From: Eubacteriales bacterium | GTDB lineage: Bacteria > Bacillota > Clostridia > Oscillospirales > CAG-272 | DNA length: 36,851 nt | Assembly (NCBI GenBank): GCA_045539485.1 | Contig: JAZQFL010000057.1 | Span: 1 to 36,851 of the forward strand | Reading direction: 5' to 3' | Shown here: positions 24,030 through 33,048 of the stretch, one piece after another | Layout of the letters: each line of letters begins with the position of its first letter | Numbering within the stretch: the stretch's first letter is position 1 | Notes under the pieces: model-generated | What the model saw: only the letters and a program-made list of their open reading frames with translations | What the model was told of the DNA's origin: nothing | The model's database searches: none | Position numbers and translations under genes: made by a program

Positions 24030-25157
24030 TTACGCATCCTCGCGTTCAAAGTGGTATTTTTTAGCGTGGGTACAGATGCTTTGCACTATTCCGATCATCA
24101 TATAGAGGGAAAGCACGGACGAACCGCCGTAGCTGATGAAGGGAAGTGTGATCCCGACAACGGGAAGCATTGCAAGCGCCATTCCCACGTTTTCCGTGAC
24201 TTGCGCAAGCAGCAGTGCGCCGCACCCCACGGCAATATATGCACCGCAGTCCTTGCGGGCGTGGATGGCGATGATAAATATTCTGATAATAAGCACGGCA
24301 AACAGCAAAACAACGACAGCACATCCCACAAAGCCGAATTTTTCGCCTATCATGGAAAGGACGAAGTCGTTATTTGCCATAGGCACATCCTCATAATATC
24401 CGCCGCCGTTAAGACCTGTGCCGAAGATGCCGCCCGCAGTGATGGCACGGCGCGACATAAGCGCCTGCATACCGAAATCCGTGGGGTCAAGCTCCGGGTC
24501 AAAGCCCACAAGTATTCTCATTCGCTGATATTCGCCGAGAAGCGGCCACACGTGAGGAAAGGCAACAACGGCAAGCGTGCCGCCTATTATGTAGTACCAA
24601 AGGCTCAGTCCAGCCGCAAACATCATCGCAAGTGCGATAACTATGTAAACAAGCGAGGTACCGAGGTCGTCCTGCAAAAACACAAGCCCCGCAAGTATAC
24701 CGACGTGCACAAGCAGCCGCAGTACTGATAGGGGGTGGTTTAACTTCGGGCGAAGCACCTCAAGGTGCTTTGCAAACGTAACTATCAAAAACAGCTTCAC
24801 AAACTCGGACGGCTGGATCGTTAGCGGTATACCCGGTATCTGTATCCAGCTCTTGCCGCCGAACATACCCGTGGAACCGATAACGAGCGTAAGCAGCAAT
24901 GCCGCCGCACCGCCGATGAAAAGGGGCAGTGCAAGCTTATCGCAGATATCCTGATAGTCAAGCGTTGCTATCATCAGTGCGATGGCGATGCCGAGCGCCG
25001 TTGCAAACGACTGTACCAGAACACGGCTGACACCGTACACCTCTCTCGCGCCCCAGTGCGTGAGTATTCCGATAAAGGAAAGTGAGAGCACGCATATTAC
25101 GATAATGGGGTCAAGAAGAAGGAGGCGCCGGCGTATGGAATTTAGAAACGAACTCAT
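24030..25157 (-). CDS. FtsW/RodA/SpoVE-family (SEDS) peptidoglycan glycosyltransferase
   Basis: The track start at 25166 is a GTG. The ATG at 25157 lies 8 nt after GGAGG (25170-25166). SEDS motifs VPMANNDFVLSMIGEKFGFVG and LPVVGITLPFISYGGSSVL, with about 10 TM helices. Confidence 0.9.
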   Translation of the reverse strand: MSSFLNSIRRRLLLLDPIIVICVLSLSFIGILTHWGAREVYGVSRVLVQSFATALGIAIALMIATLDYQDICDKLALPLFIGGAAALLLTLVIGSTGMFGGKSWIQIPGIPLTIQPSEFVKLFLIVTFAKHLEVLRPKLNHPLSVLRLLVHVGILAGLVFLQDDLGTSLVYIVIALAMMFAAGLSLWYYIIGGTLAVVAFPHVWPLLGEYQRMRILVGFDPELDPTDFGMQALMSRRAITAGGIFGTGLNGGGYYEDVPMANNDFVLSMIGEKFGFVGCAVVVLLFAVLIIRIFIIAIHARKDCGAYIAVGCGALLLAQVTENVGMALAMLPVVGITLPFISYGGSSVLSLYMMIGIVQSICTHAKKYHFEREDA

Positions 25158-25200
25158 GCGCGGCACCTCCGTAAATTTTTAGTTATAGATCCGTTAAGAA

Positions 25201-26643
25201 TTAATATGCGTTACCCCAGTAAACGAGGGTGTCTGCGTCCTTGCCGCAGCATACGCATTTGTCACCGTTAGGCTCGATGCCGAAGGGAATGCAGCGCGAG
25301 CTTACGCCCGTGAGCTCCTTAACCTTCTTCTCGCACTCGGGGGAGCCGCACCACATAGCACGGATAAATCCGTCGCCGTTCTTTTCGAGAACTTCCTTGA
25401 TCTCGTCTGTGGTCTTGCAGTCATAGGTGCGCTTCTCGCGGTTTTCAAGAGCTTTGTTAAAGAGTCCGTCACGTACCTCTGTGAGTTTTTCTTTAACTGC
25501 CTCGCCGATGTTCTCAAGGGGAAGAACGGTCTTTTCGCCGTTGTGGCGTGTAGCTACTACGCAGCAGCCGTTCTCTATATCGCGGGGGCCGATCTCGATG
25601 CGGACGGGAACGCCCTTCATCTCATATTCCGCAAACTTCCAGCCTGCGCTGTTATCGCTTGCATCAAGCTTTGCGCGGATGCCTGCGGCCTTAAGCTGCT
25701 CGGTAAGAGCGGTAGCAGCTTCGATAACGCCTTCCTTGTGCTGAGCAACGGGAATAACGATTGCCTGAGTGGGTGCGATAGCGGGGGGAAGAACAAGACC
25801 GTTATTGTCGCCGTGGGTCATAATTACCGCGCCGATAAGACGGGTGGTAACGCCCCAAGAGGTCTGGTGCGGGTAGCACTTCTTGTTCTCACTGTCGGTA
25901 TACTGAATGTCAAACGCCTTTGCAAAACCGTCGCCGAAATAGTGGGAGGTACCTGCCTGAAGCGCCTTGCCGTCGTGCATAAGAGCCTCGATAGCGTAGG
26001 TGGAGACCGCGCCCGCGAACTTGTCGCTTTCTGTCTTCTTACCCTTAACTACGGGAATAGCGAGAGCCTGCTCGCAGAAATCTGCGTACACGTCAAGCAT
26101 ACGCTCGGTCTCGATGATAGCCTCCTCGGCGGTCTCGTGGATGGTATGGCCTTCCTGCCAGAGGAATTCTCTGGAGCGGAGGAAGGGGCGGGTAGTCTTC
26201 TCCCAACGGACAACGCTTACCCACTGGTTATAGAGCTTCGGAAGGTCGCGGTAGGAGTGAATGATATTGGAGTAATGCTCGCAGAAAAGAGTCTCGGAGG
26301 TGGGGCGCACGCAAAGGCGCTCCTCAAGCTTTTCGCTGCCGCCGTAGGTTACCCATGCAACCTCGGGCGCAAAGCCTTCAACGTGGTCCTTTTCCTTGTT
26401 TAAGAGGCTCTCGGTGATGAACATAGGCATGCATACGTTCTCATGTCCGAGCTCCTTGAAGCGTGTATCAAGTATCTTCTGTATGTTTTCCCAGATAGCG
26501 TAACCGTAGGGACGGATTACCATACAGCCCTTAACGCTGGTGTATTCGATAAGCTCTGCTTTCTTAACTATGTCGGTGAACCATTTTGCAAAATCCTCGT
26601 CCATGGAGGTGATCTGTTCTACCTTTTTCTTGTTGTCTGCCAT
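25201..26643 (-). CDS. proS: Proline--tRNA ligase (archaeal/eukaryote-like type with a C-terminal Cys cluster)
   Basis: 480 aa. N-terminus [38 protein letters not shown], and a C-terminus of the form [10 protein letters not shown]...[18 protein letters not shown]. Confidence 0.95.
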   Translation of the reverse strand: MADNKKKVEQITSMDEDFAKWFTDIVKKAELIEYTSVKGCMVIRPYGYAIWENIQKILDTRFKELGHENVCMPMFITESLLNKEKDHVEGFAPEVAWVTYGGSEKLEERLCVRPTSETLFCEHYSNIIHSYRDLPKLYNQWVSVVRWEKTTRPFLRSREFLWQEGHTIHETAEEAIIETERMLDVYADFCEQALAIPVVKGKKTESDKFAGAVSTYAIEALMHDGKALQAGTSHYFGDGFAKAFDIQYTDSENKKCYPHQTSWGVTTRLIGAVIMTHGDNNGLVLPPAIAPTQAIVIPVAQHKEGVIEAATALTEQLKAAGIRAKLDASDNSAGWKFAEYEMKGVPVRIEIGPRDIENGCCVVATRHNGEKTVLPLENIGEAVKEKLTEVRDGLFNKALENREKRTYDCKTTDEIKEVLEKNGDGFIRAMWCGSPECEKKVKELTGVSSRCIPFGIEPNGDKCVCCGKDADTLVYWGNAY

Positions 26644-26684
26644 AATAACCCCTCTGGTAAAAAGAATAATTAATTAATAAGGGT

Positions 26685-26713
26685 ATTCTATCATAGTAAA
26701 GCGCGGATGTCAA
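26685..26713 (-). promoter_or_regulatory. Sigma-A promoter (extended -10) for proS
   Basis: The minus strand reads TTGACA (26713-26708), a 17-nt spacer ending in TGa, then TAGAAT (26690-26685). The leader to the ATG is about 35 nt. Confidence 0.6.
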
Positions 26714-26939
26714 TGTTATGTGAGGAAAAATTGCAGATAAATACGCGGTTTTTGATGCAAAAAGCATTCGGCGAAATTGACAAAATTACTGATTTTCAAC
26801 CCTGCGAATTCATCGTTTTACACAAATTTATATTGTCAAAAAATTCGAGATCTTGGCAATGAAAGCGTTGAAAGCGTAACGCAGCCAATGCCCTTTGCAT
26901 ATTATTATATTATAAGAATTAAAATATTGGTCAAAGGCA

Positions 26940-26968
26940 TTGAAAAGAGAGAAAAGCTGTGGTATAAT
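26940..26968 (+). promoter_or_regulatory. Sigma-A promoter (extended -10) for the alr-containing operon
   Basis: TTGAAA (26940-26945), a 17-nt spacer ending in TGg, then TATAAT (26963-26968). Confidence 0.6.
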
Positions 26969-27006
26969 ACGCAGATAGTAAAGTATATTGGAGAGGTATG
27001 CCGCGG

Positions 27007-27537
27007 ATGGATAACGGAATCAATTTGTTCGGGTACTCATACAGGGTAAAAATGCGCGGTGCTTATTTGCGCCGATGCGTGCTTACGGTCCTGCTTTGGG
27101 TGCTTATCTGTATCGCAAACGTCCTTGCGGCGCTTTGGATGCAATCGCCCGCGGCGATAGTGCTTGCGCTGTTCGTTGAGATACCGCTTGTTATACTTAC
27201 CGCACCTGTATTCAGGCAGGAGTACGACTATGAGATCGAGGACGGCACGCTTACCGTTGCGCGGATAAGCGGACGCTCCCGACGCAGGGAGGTTGCCGAA
27301 ATTCCCCTCAGAAAGGCGATACTCGTTGCAAGGATGAACGATGATGTTCTCCGCAGATGCGAAAACGAGCGTCCTGCGCGCACGCTTGACGTTACAAGCG
27401 GAGCGGAGGGGTCTGAGCCTGCCGTGATGCTTTATTCCGATGAAAAGGGCAGGCTTACCATGCTCGCGTTTGATGCAAACGAACGCTTTTTTAAGGCCGC
27501 AAGATTTTACTGTCCGTCGGCTGTAAGCCGTTTTTGA
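27007..27537 (+). CDS. Small membrane protein: two TM helices plus a bacterial PH-like (bPH_2/YdbS-like) domain (tentative)
   Basis: The ATG at 27007 is 10 nt after GGAGAGG (26990-26996). The track ATG at 26998 is too close to that RBS. Two hydrophobic helices are followed by YEIEDGTLTVARISGRSRRREVAEIPLRKAILV. Confidence 0.4.
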   Translation: MDNGINLFGYSYRVKMRGAYLRRCVLTVLLWVLICIANVLAALWMQSPAAIVLALFVEIPLVILTAPVFRQEYDYEIEDGTLTVARISGRSRRREVAEIPLRKAILVARMNDDVLRRCENERPARTLDVTSGAEGSEPAVMLYSDEKGRLTMLAFDANERFFKAARFYCPSAVSRF

Positions 27538-27546
27538 GGCGAGGAT

Positions 27547-28686
27547 ATGTACGATTTGGAAGAAAAACTCAAAACATACGCAAAGATAGATCTCGGCGCT
27601 CTGGAAAGAAACTATCTTGCAATAAAGGAGCGCATAGAGAGAGAAACACCAGATTGCGAAATTATGTGTGTCGTTAAGGCGGATGCCTACGGCCACGGCA
27701 CGGAAAGATGCGTAAAGCGTTTATCAAGTCTCGGTGCCGTTTGCTTCGGTGTTTCATGCATTGAGGAGGCGCGCGAGGTAAAACGGCACGCTTCCGAAAA
27801 CAGCAAAATACTTATACTTGGCTACACACCCGTGGAAAACGCGGATGAGCTTGCAAAAGAAGGCTTTATACAGACTGTCTACAGCCTCGAATACGGCACT
27901 TCGCTTTCCGAATGCGCATCCCGTAACGGGGAGACGGTGAGAATACATTTAAAGCTTGATACGGGAATGAACCGCCTCGGCTTCTGTGCCGCGGATGCAG
28001 AGAAATGTGCACTTGAGGTGCGCGAGGCAATGGCTCTTCCTTACCTGCACACGGAGGGTATATTTACCCACTTTGCGTGTGCCGACAGTGCGGAGAAGGA
28101 CGCGACCGAGCGCCAGCACGCAAGCTTTATGCGTGTTATAGATATGCTTGGTGATGCGGCAAAGGGGCTGTGCGTGCACTGCTGTAACAGCGCCGCCGCA
28201 CTCAGATATCCGCAGTTCAGACATTCAATGGTGCGCGCGGGAATAATTCTGTACGGCCTTTCGCCCGACAGAGGATACGCACTTCCTTTGAAGCTTGAGC
28301 CCGCAATGACGTTTATGACTACCGTAATGCACGTGCACACGCTAAAAAAAGGCGAGAGCATCAGCTACGGCGCGCATTTCACGGCGGATAGAGATATGAG
28401 GATAGCTACCCTCGGTGTAGGCTACGCGGACGGATTTTTGCGTGCCTTCTCGCAGGGCGGAGAGGTGCTGATAAACGGCATTCCCGCTCCCGTTGTGGGC
28501 CGTGTTTGTATGGACCAGTGTATGGTCGACATAGGAGAAAATAACGTTAGGATAGGCGACCGCGCAGTGATATTTGACAGCGAGGGCGAAAATATTGAAA
28601 GGCTTGCCGCTTTTGCGGATACGATATGCTACGAGCTTATCTGCCTTGTGGGTAAGAGAGTAAAGAGGATATCGGACGGCGAATGA
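27547..28686 (+). CDS. alr: Alanine racemase
   Basis: 379 aa. PLP-lysine box VVKADAYGHG, plus GVGYADGF and VCMDQCMVD. Confidence 0.9.
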   Translation: MYDLEEKLKTYAKIDLGALERNYLAIKERIERETPDCEIMCVVKADAYGHGTERCVKRLSSLGAVCFGVSCIEEAREVKRHASENSKILILGYTPVENADELAKEGFIQTVYSLEYGTSLSECASRNGETVRIHLKLDTGMNRLGFCAADAEKCALEVREAMALPYLHTEGIFTHFACADSAEKDATERQHASFMRVIDMLGDAAKGLCVHCCNSAAALRYPQFRHSMVRAGIILYGLSPDRGYALPLKLEPAMTFMTTVMHVHTLKKGESISYGAHFTADRDMRIATLGVGYADGFLRAFSQGGEVLINGIPAPVVGRVCMDQCMVDIGENNVRIGDRAVIFDSEGENIERLAAFADTICYELICLVGKRVKRISDGE

Positions 28687-28692
28687 CGCGGT

Positions 28693-28796
28693 GTGCTCCG
28701 GCTGTCATCCTTGAGTGAATCCGCCGAGATTCTTCGGTCGCTTCGCTTCCTCGAGAATGACAACGGCGGATGAAACGAAGGATCTTGTCGGAGCAC
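28693..28796 (+). other. About 104-nt rod-like imperfect hairpin (four helical segments) in the alr / SBP-like intergenic region
   Basis: gtgctccg (28693-28700) pairs with cggagcac (28789-28796). atcctt (28707-28712) pairs with aaggat (28778-28783). atccgccg (28719-28726) pairs with cggcggat (28764-28771). attct/cg (28729-28736) pairs with cg/agaat (28752-28758). No U-tract follows. Confidence 0.45.
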
Positions 28797-28841
28797 GATG
28801 CTGCCGAGAAGTCAAAGACCCCCTGTGAGGGAGGAAAGAAA

Positions 28842-30275
28842 ATGCAAAACAACACAAACGACCGCAGTGCGGTCCCAAAGCGGCGCATTGCCGCAGTGAT
28901 ACTTATACTTGCCGTGTGTATGGCAACGGCGTTTGCCGTGGGCAAGGGTATCAGCACAGAGGATACCGTTGAGGTGACCCTTACCGAGGACATCCTTGCC
29001 GGACTTGTTACGGATGCCGCTAACGATGCGGCTGTTACAATTCAGCCGGGAGGAATAGAGGATTACGGCGGAGAGACCTTCAAGGTGCTTGTAACAAATA
29101 CGGAGCGCCTTACGTCATTTGACGGAGGCGATGCGCCCACATTCCTTTCAAGCACAAGCACCGAGGCCGCCGAGAGGCTTGCCTTTGATCTTAATATCAG
29201 CTTGAAAACAGTAAATCTTGACCACCCCATATCCTACGTTATGGCGGCAAAAGCCGCAAACGAAGGCGATACCGCGGATCTTTTGGTGCTTGACCTTTAC
29301 GCGGATACAGCATCGGAATTAAAGCACGATACCACCGACCTGCTTGCCGGCGGACTGCTTGCCGATCTGAAAAAGGTCGAGGGCGTAGATCTCTCATCGC
29401 AAGGATATTACAAGGACATAAACGAGGCGCTTTCCGTTTGCTCGCGTACTTATCTTGCGGCAAGCGATGCAACCGCGGGCTTCAGAGATTCGCTTACGGG
29501 TGTTATTTTCGATAAGCGGCTTGCGGGAGCAGAGGAGCTCGGGAAGCTTGTTTCCGAGGGGAAGTGGACGCTTGATGCGCTTGCCTCAAAGGTGAAAGCC
29601 ATTGGCGCCGGCGGACTTAATACTAACTGCGACGATGCAGTCATCTGGATGCTCGGTATGGGTGCAAGGGACGCAGTTCCCACTGCGGAAGGGTTCCGCG
29701 TTGCGGTTGCCGAGGGAAATGCGATCAAAAATTTCAGCAAGCTCAAAAGCCTGCTTTACGGTGATGTCCGTGCAGATGGCACGGTAGGACAGACGGGTGC
29801 GGCATTCCGCCTCGGCACTGTCGGGGAGTTCGGAGGGCTTGACAAGGCAACTTACGGCATCCTTCCCCTGCCGAAGGCTGATGCTTCGGATGAGTACGTA
29901 TCGGTTGCCGACCCCGCAAAAGCTACGGTTTTGGCGATAACTTCGTTTTGCAATAATCCCGCAAGAAGCGGAAAGGTGATGAATCTGCTTGTCAACCGCT
30001 CGCATGAGGAGTTTGCGGAGCTGTATGCCGCCGACGTTTGCAAAACGGATGAGGTAAGCGGAAAGAGCATTGAAATGATGCAGCAGAACCGAGCTATCTA
30101 CGTAATTGCCGTGCTCGGATATCCCGATACGCTTGAGGATGCGTGCGAAACGCTTATCCTCGGTAAAAATGATGATCTGGCCGCGTTTCTGAAGCAGAGA
30201 AGCTTTTTCCTGCAGAGCGCGCTTGACATAATAGTTTCCGACGTGCTTGACAGCATTGAGGAAGCAACAAAATAA
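28842..30275 (+). CDS. Solute-binding-protein-like protein, paralogue 3 (N-terminal signal anchor rather than a clear lipobox)
   Basis: I place the start at the ATG at 28842, after GAGGGAGGAAAG. Shared motifs SEGKWTLDAL and TYGILPLPKADA. N-terminal hydrophobic segment IAAVILILAVCMATAFAV. Confidence 0.6.
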   Translation: MQNNTNDRSAVPKRRIAAVILILAVCMATAFAVGKGISTEDTVEVTLTEDILAGLVTDAANDAAVTIQPGGIEDYGGETFKVLVTNTERLTSFDGGDAPTFLSSTSTEAAERLAFDLNISLKTVNLDHPISYVMAAKAANEGDTADLLVLDLYADTASELKHDTTDLLAGGLLADLKKVEGVDLSSQGYYKDINEALSVCSRTYLAASDATAGFRDSLTGVIFDKRLAGAEELGKLVSEGKWTLDALASKVKAIGAGGLNTNCDDAVIWMLGMGARDAVPTAEGFRVAVAEGNAIKNFSKLKSLLYGDVRADGTVGQTGAAFRLGTVGEFGGLDKATYGILPLPKADASDEYVSVADPAKATVLAITSFCNNPARSGKVMNLLVNRSHEEFAELYAADVCKTDEVSGKSIEMMQQNRAIYVIAVLGYPDTLEDACETLILGKNDDLAAFLKQRSFFLQSALDIIVSDVLDSIEEATK

Positions 30276-30315
30276 AGATATTGAAAGATGGGCATTGCCC
30301 GGAAAGGAACATAAA

Positions 30316-32109
30316 ATGGCAAATTTACTTTCGGAGAATGACAAGAGAACATGCAGATGCGGAGAGCTCAGCGAAAAGGATATCGGTAAAAGCGTTACCG
30401 TAATGGGTTGGACACAGCGCCAGCGCGACCTCGGCCAGCTTATCTTTATCGACCTCCGCGACAGAAGCGGAATTATTCAGCTTTCTTTTGATAAGGAGAC
30501 TTCCGCGGATAGCTTTGATACCGCCTACGGTGTAAGAAGCGAGACCGTTCTTATGGCAAAGGGCGTTGTACGCAGCCGCGGAGAGAATGCGATAAACCGC
30601 AAGATCCCCACCGGTGCTATCGAGATTGCCGTTAAGGAGCTTACCGTTCTTTCCCGCTCCGAGACTCCTCCCTTTGAGATCGTTGAAAACAGCCAGGTGC
30701 GCCCCGAGCTTCGTATGCGCTACCGCTATCTTGACCTGCGCCGTCCCGACCTTGCAAGAAACATTATCGCAAGAAGCGAGATCGCGCGCATTACCAGAGA
30801 ATACTATATGGGTGAGGGATTCCTTGAAATAGAGACCCCCAACCTTATCGGACCTACCCCCGAGGGCGCACGCGACTATCTTGTACCCAGCCGCGTTCAT
30901 CCCGGTAAGTTCTACGCGCTTCCTCAGTCCCCCCAGCTTTACAAGCAGCTTCTTATGGTATCGGGCTTTGACCGTTACTTCCAGCTTGCACGCTGCTTCC
31001 GCGACGAGGACCTCAGAGTTGACCGTCAGCCCGAGTTCACCCAGATAGATACCGAGTACTCCTTCGTTACTCAGGAGGACGTTATCGCTACCACCGAGGG
31101 CTACCTCAAGAAGGTATGGAAGGACTTCAGAGGCGAGGACATCCAGCTTCCTCTCCCCCGTCTTACCTACGCTGAGGCAATGGAGCGCTACGGCTCCGAC
31201 AAGCCCGACGTACGCTTCGGCTTTGAGCTGACCAACATCTCCGACATTGCTGCTAAGACCTCCTTTAAGGTATTTACCGGCTGTATCGAGAACGGCGGAA
31301 GTGTACGCGCTATCAACGTAAAGGGCGGCGGCTCTATGCCCCGTAAGGAGATAGACGGCCTCGGCGAGTTCGCAAAGACCTATAAGGCAAAGGGACTTGC
31401 ATGGTATAAGATGAACAAGGGAGAGGCCTCCTCCTCTTACGCAAAGTTCCTTACCGAGGAAGAGAACAAGGCTATCCTTGAGAGAATGGATTTTGAGGAC
31501 GGCGACCTTATCTGCATCGTTGCCGATACGGACGATACCGTATTTGCGGCTCTCGGTGCGCTTCGCTGCGAGTGCGCAAAGCGCCTGGGTCTGCTTGATC
31601 CCATGGAGACCAAGCTTCTCTGGGTCACCGACTTCCCGCTCTTCGAATACTCCGAGGAGGACGGCAGATACTACGCTAAGCACCACCCCTTCACCATGCC
31701 CAATCCCGAGGATCTCGACAAGCTTGATACCGACAGAGGAAACGTACGCGCTATCGCATACGATATCGTTATGAACGGTACCGAGATCGGCGGCGGTTCT
31801 ATCAGGATCCACGATCCCGAGATACAGCAGAGAATGTTTGCGGCACTCGGATTTACCCCCGAGGAAGCGCAGGCAAAGTTCGGCTTCCTGCTTGATGCTT
31901 TCAAGTACGGCGTACCTCCTCACGGCGGTCTTGCATTCGGATTTGACCGTCTGGTAACTCTCCTTCTCGGCCTCGAGGATATTCGCGACGTTATCGCATT
32001 CCCGAAGGCACAGAATGCTTCCGAGCTTATGACCAAGTGCCCCGCAGAGGCTGATGCAAAGGCTCTCGAGGAGCTTTCCATTGCAATTACCCGTACCGAG
32101 GAAGAGTAA
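30316..32109 (+). CDS. aspS: Aspartate--tRNA ligase
   Basis: I place the start at the ATG at 30316 (MANLLSEN...), after GGAAAGGAAC. Motifs: LIFIDLRDRSGIIQ, CFRDEDLRVDRQPEFTQID, GGGSIRIHD. Confidence 0.95.
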   Translation: MANLLSENDKRTCRCGELSEKDIGKSVTVMGWTQRQRDLGQLIFIDLRDRSGIIQLSFDKETSADSFDTAYGVRSETVLMAKGVVRSRGENAINRKIPTGAIEIAVKELTVLSRSETPPFEIVENSQVRPELRMRYRYLDLRRPDLARNIIARSEIARITREYYMGEGFLEIETPNLIGPTPEGARDYLVPSRVHPGKFYALPQSPQLYKQLLMVSGFDRYFQLARCFRDEDLRVDRQPEFTQIDTEYSFVTQEDVIATTEGYLKKVWKDFRGEDIQLPLPRLTYAEAMERYGSDKPDVRFGFELTNISDIAAKTSFKVFTGCIENGGSVRAINVKGGGSMPRKEIDGLGEFAKTYKAKGLAWYKMNKGEASSSYAKFLTEEENKAILERMDFEDGDLICIVADTDDTVFAALGALRCECAKRLGLLDPMETKLLWVTDFPLFEYSEEDGRYYAKHHPFTMPNPEDLDKLDTDRGNVRAIAYDIVMNGTEIGGGSIRIHDPEIQQRMFAALGFTPEEAQAKFGFLLDAFKYGVPPHGGLAFGFDRLVTLLLGLEDIRDVIAFPKAQNASELMTKCPAEADAKALEELSIAITRTEEE

Positions 32110-32117
32110 GCCGCGGT

Positions 32118-33041
32118 ATGCAGAATTCGCTACAAGGGGCGCCCTTCGGCGTTCTGCTGATAGATAAGCCGGAGAATATGACAAGCCACAACGCGGTAAA
32201 CCGCGTAAGGCGGCTGTTTAACACCCGCGAGGTAGGTCATACCGGCACGCTTGACCCAAATGCCACCGGACTGCTTATCCTTCTTGTTGGCAGGGCGGTA
32301 AAGGCATCCGAGTATTTTTGCGACGGCGATAAGAGCTACTCGGCAAAAATGCGTCTCGGATACGTCAGCGATACAGAGGACATATGGGGCGAGGTGCAAA
32401 GCACCGGCGCCCCCGTGCCCGATAAGGATGCGGTGGTGCAATGCGCCCCTCATTTTACGGGCAATATTATGCAGGTGCCTCCCATGTACAGCGCACTTAA
32501 AAGGGACGGGCAGAAGCTCGTTGACCTTGCAAGAAGCGGTAAGACTGTGGAAAGGGAGGCAAGACCCGTTTCGGTGCATTCGCTTGATATAAGGGAGTGC
32601 GGTTACGGAGAGTATGCTTTTGACGTTACCTGCTCCAAGGGCACGTACATCCGCACGCTTTGCGCGGATATCGGTGCGTATCTCGGCTGCGGTGCGGTCA
32701 TGAGCTCGCTCAGACGCACAGCCGCCTGCGGATTTAAGCTTAGCGATGCGCATACCTTTGAGGAGCTTGAGGGTATGACAGAGGAGGAGCGCTACGGCTT
32801 GCTTCTTCCCACGGAAGCCGCTTTTGCAGATATGCCCGCAGTGCATCTGCCCGATTTTTTTGCAACGCTTGCGCACCGCGGCAACGAGGTGTACCAGCAC
32901 AAGATCGGTACTGCGTTTGCAGACGGCACGCGCGTACTGCTTTTCGATAAAAAAGGCTTTTTCGCCTTTGCCGAAGCGCGCAGATTTAAAGACGGTGCGG
33001 CATTAAAGCCGATCAAACAGATAAGACTTGACGAAATATGA
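32118..33041 (+). CDS. truB: tRNA pseudouridine(55) synthase
   Basis: 307 aa. GVLLIDKPENMTSHNAV...VGHTGTLDPNATGLLILLVG. Confidence 0.9.
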   Translation: MQNSLQGAPFGVLLIDKPENMTSHNAVNRVRRLFNTREVGHTGTLDPNATGLLILLVGRAVKASEYFCDGDKSYSAKMRLGYVSDTEDIWGEVQSTGAPVPDKDAVVQCAPHFTGNIMQVPPMYSALKRDGQKLVDLARSGKTVEREARPVSVHSLDIRECGYGEYAFDVTCSKGTYIRTLCADIGAYLGCGAVMSSLRRTAACGFKLSDAHTFEELEGMTEEERYGLLLPTEAAFADMPAVHLPDFFATLAHRGNEVYQHKIGTAFADGTRVLLFDKKGFFAFAEARRFKDGAALKPIKQIRLDEI

Positions 33042-33048
33042 GGTGGAT

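Noticed and set aside
26644-26713. Looked for a T-box leader upstream of proS
   Set aside because: A near-consensus promoter lies only about 35 nt from the ATG. No T-box sequence and no terminator/antiterminator pair can be seen on the minus strand.
30325-32184. 619-aa ORF antisense to aspS, and a 461-aa ORF (35025-36410) antisense to polA
   Set aside because: The sense strands encode unmistakable AspRS and Pol I motifs, so these antisense frames are codon-bias artefacts.
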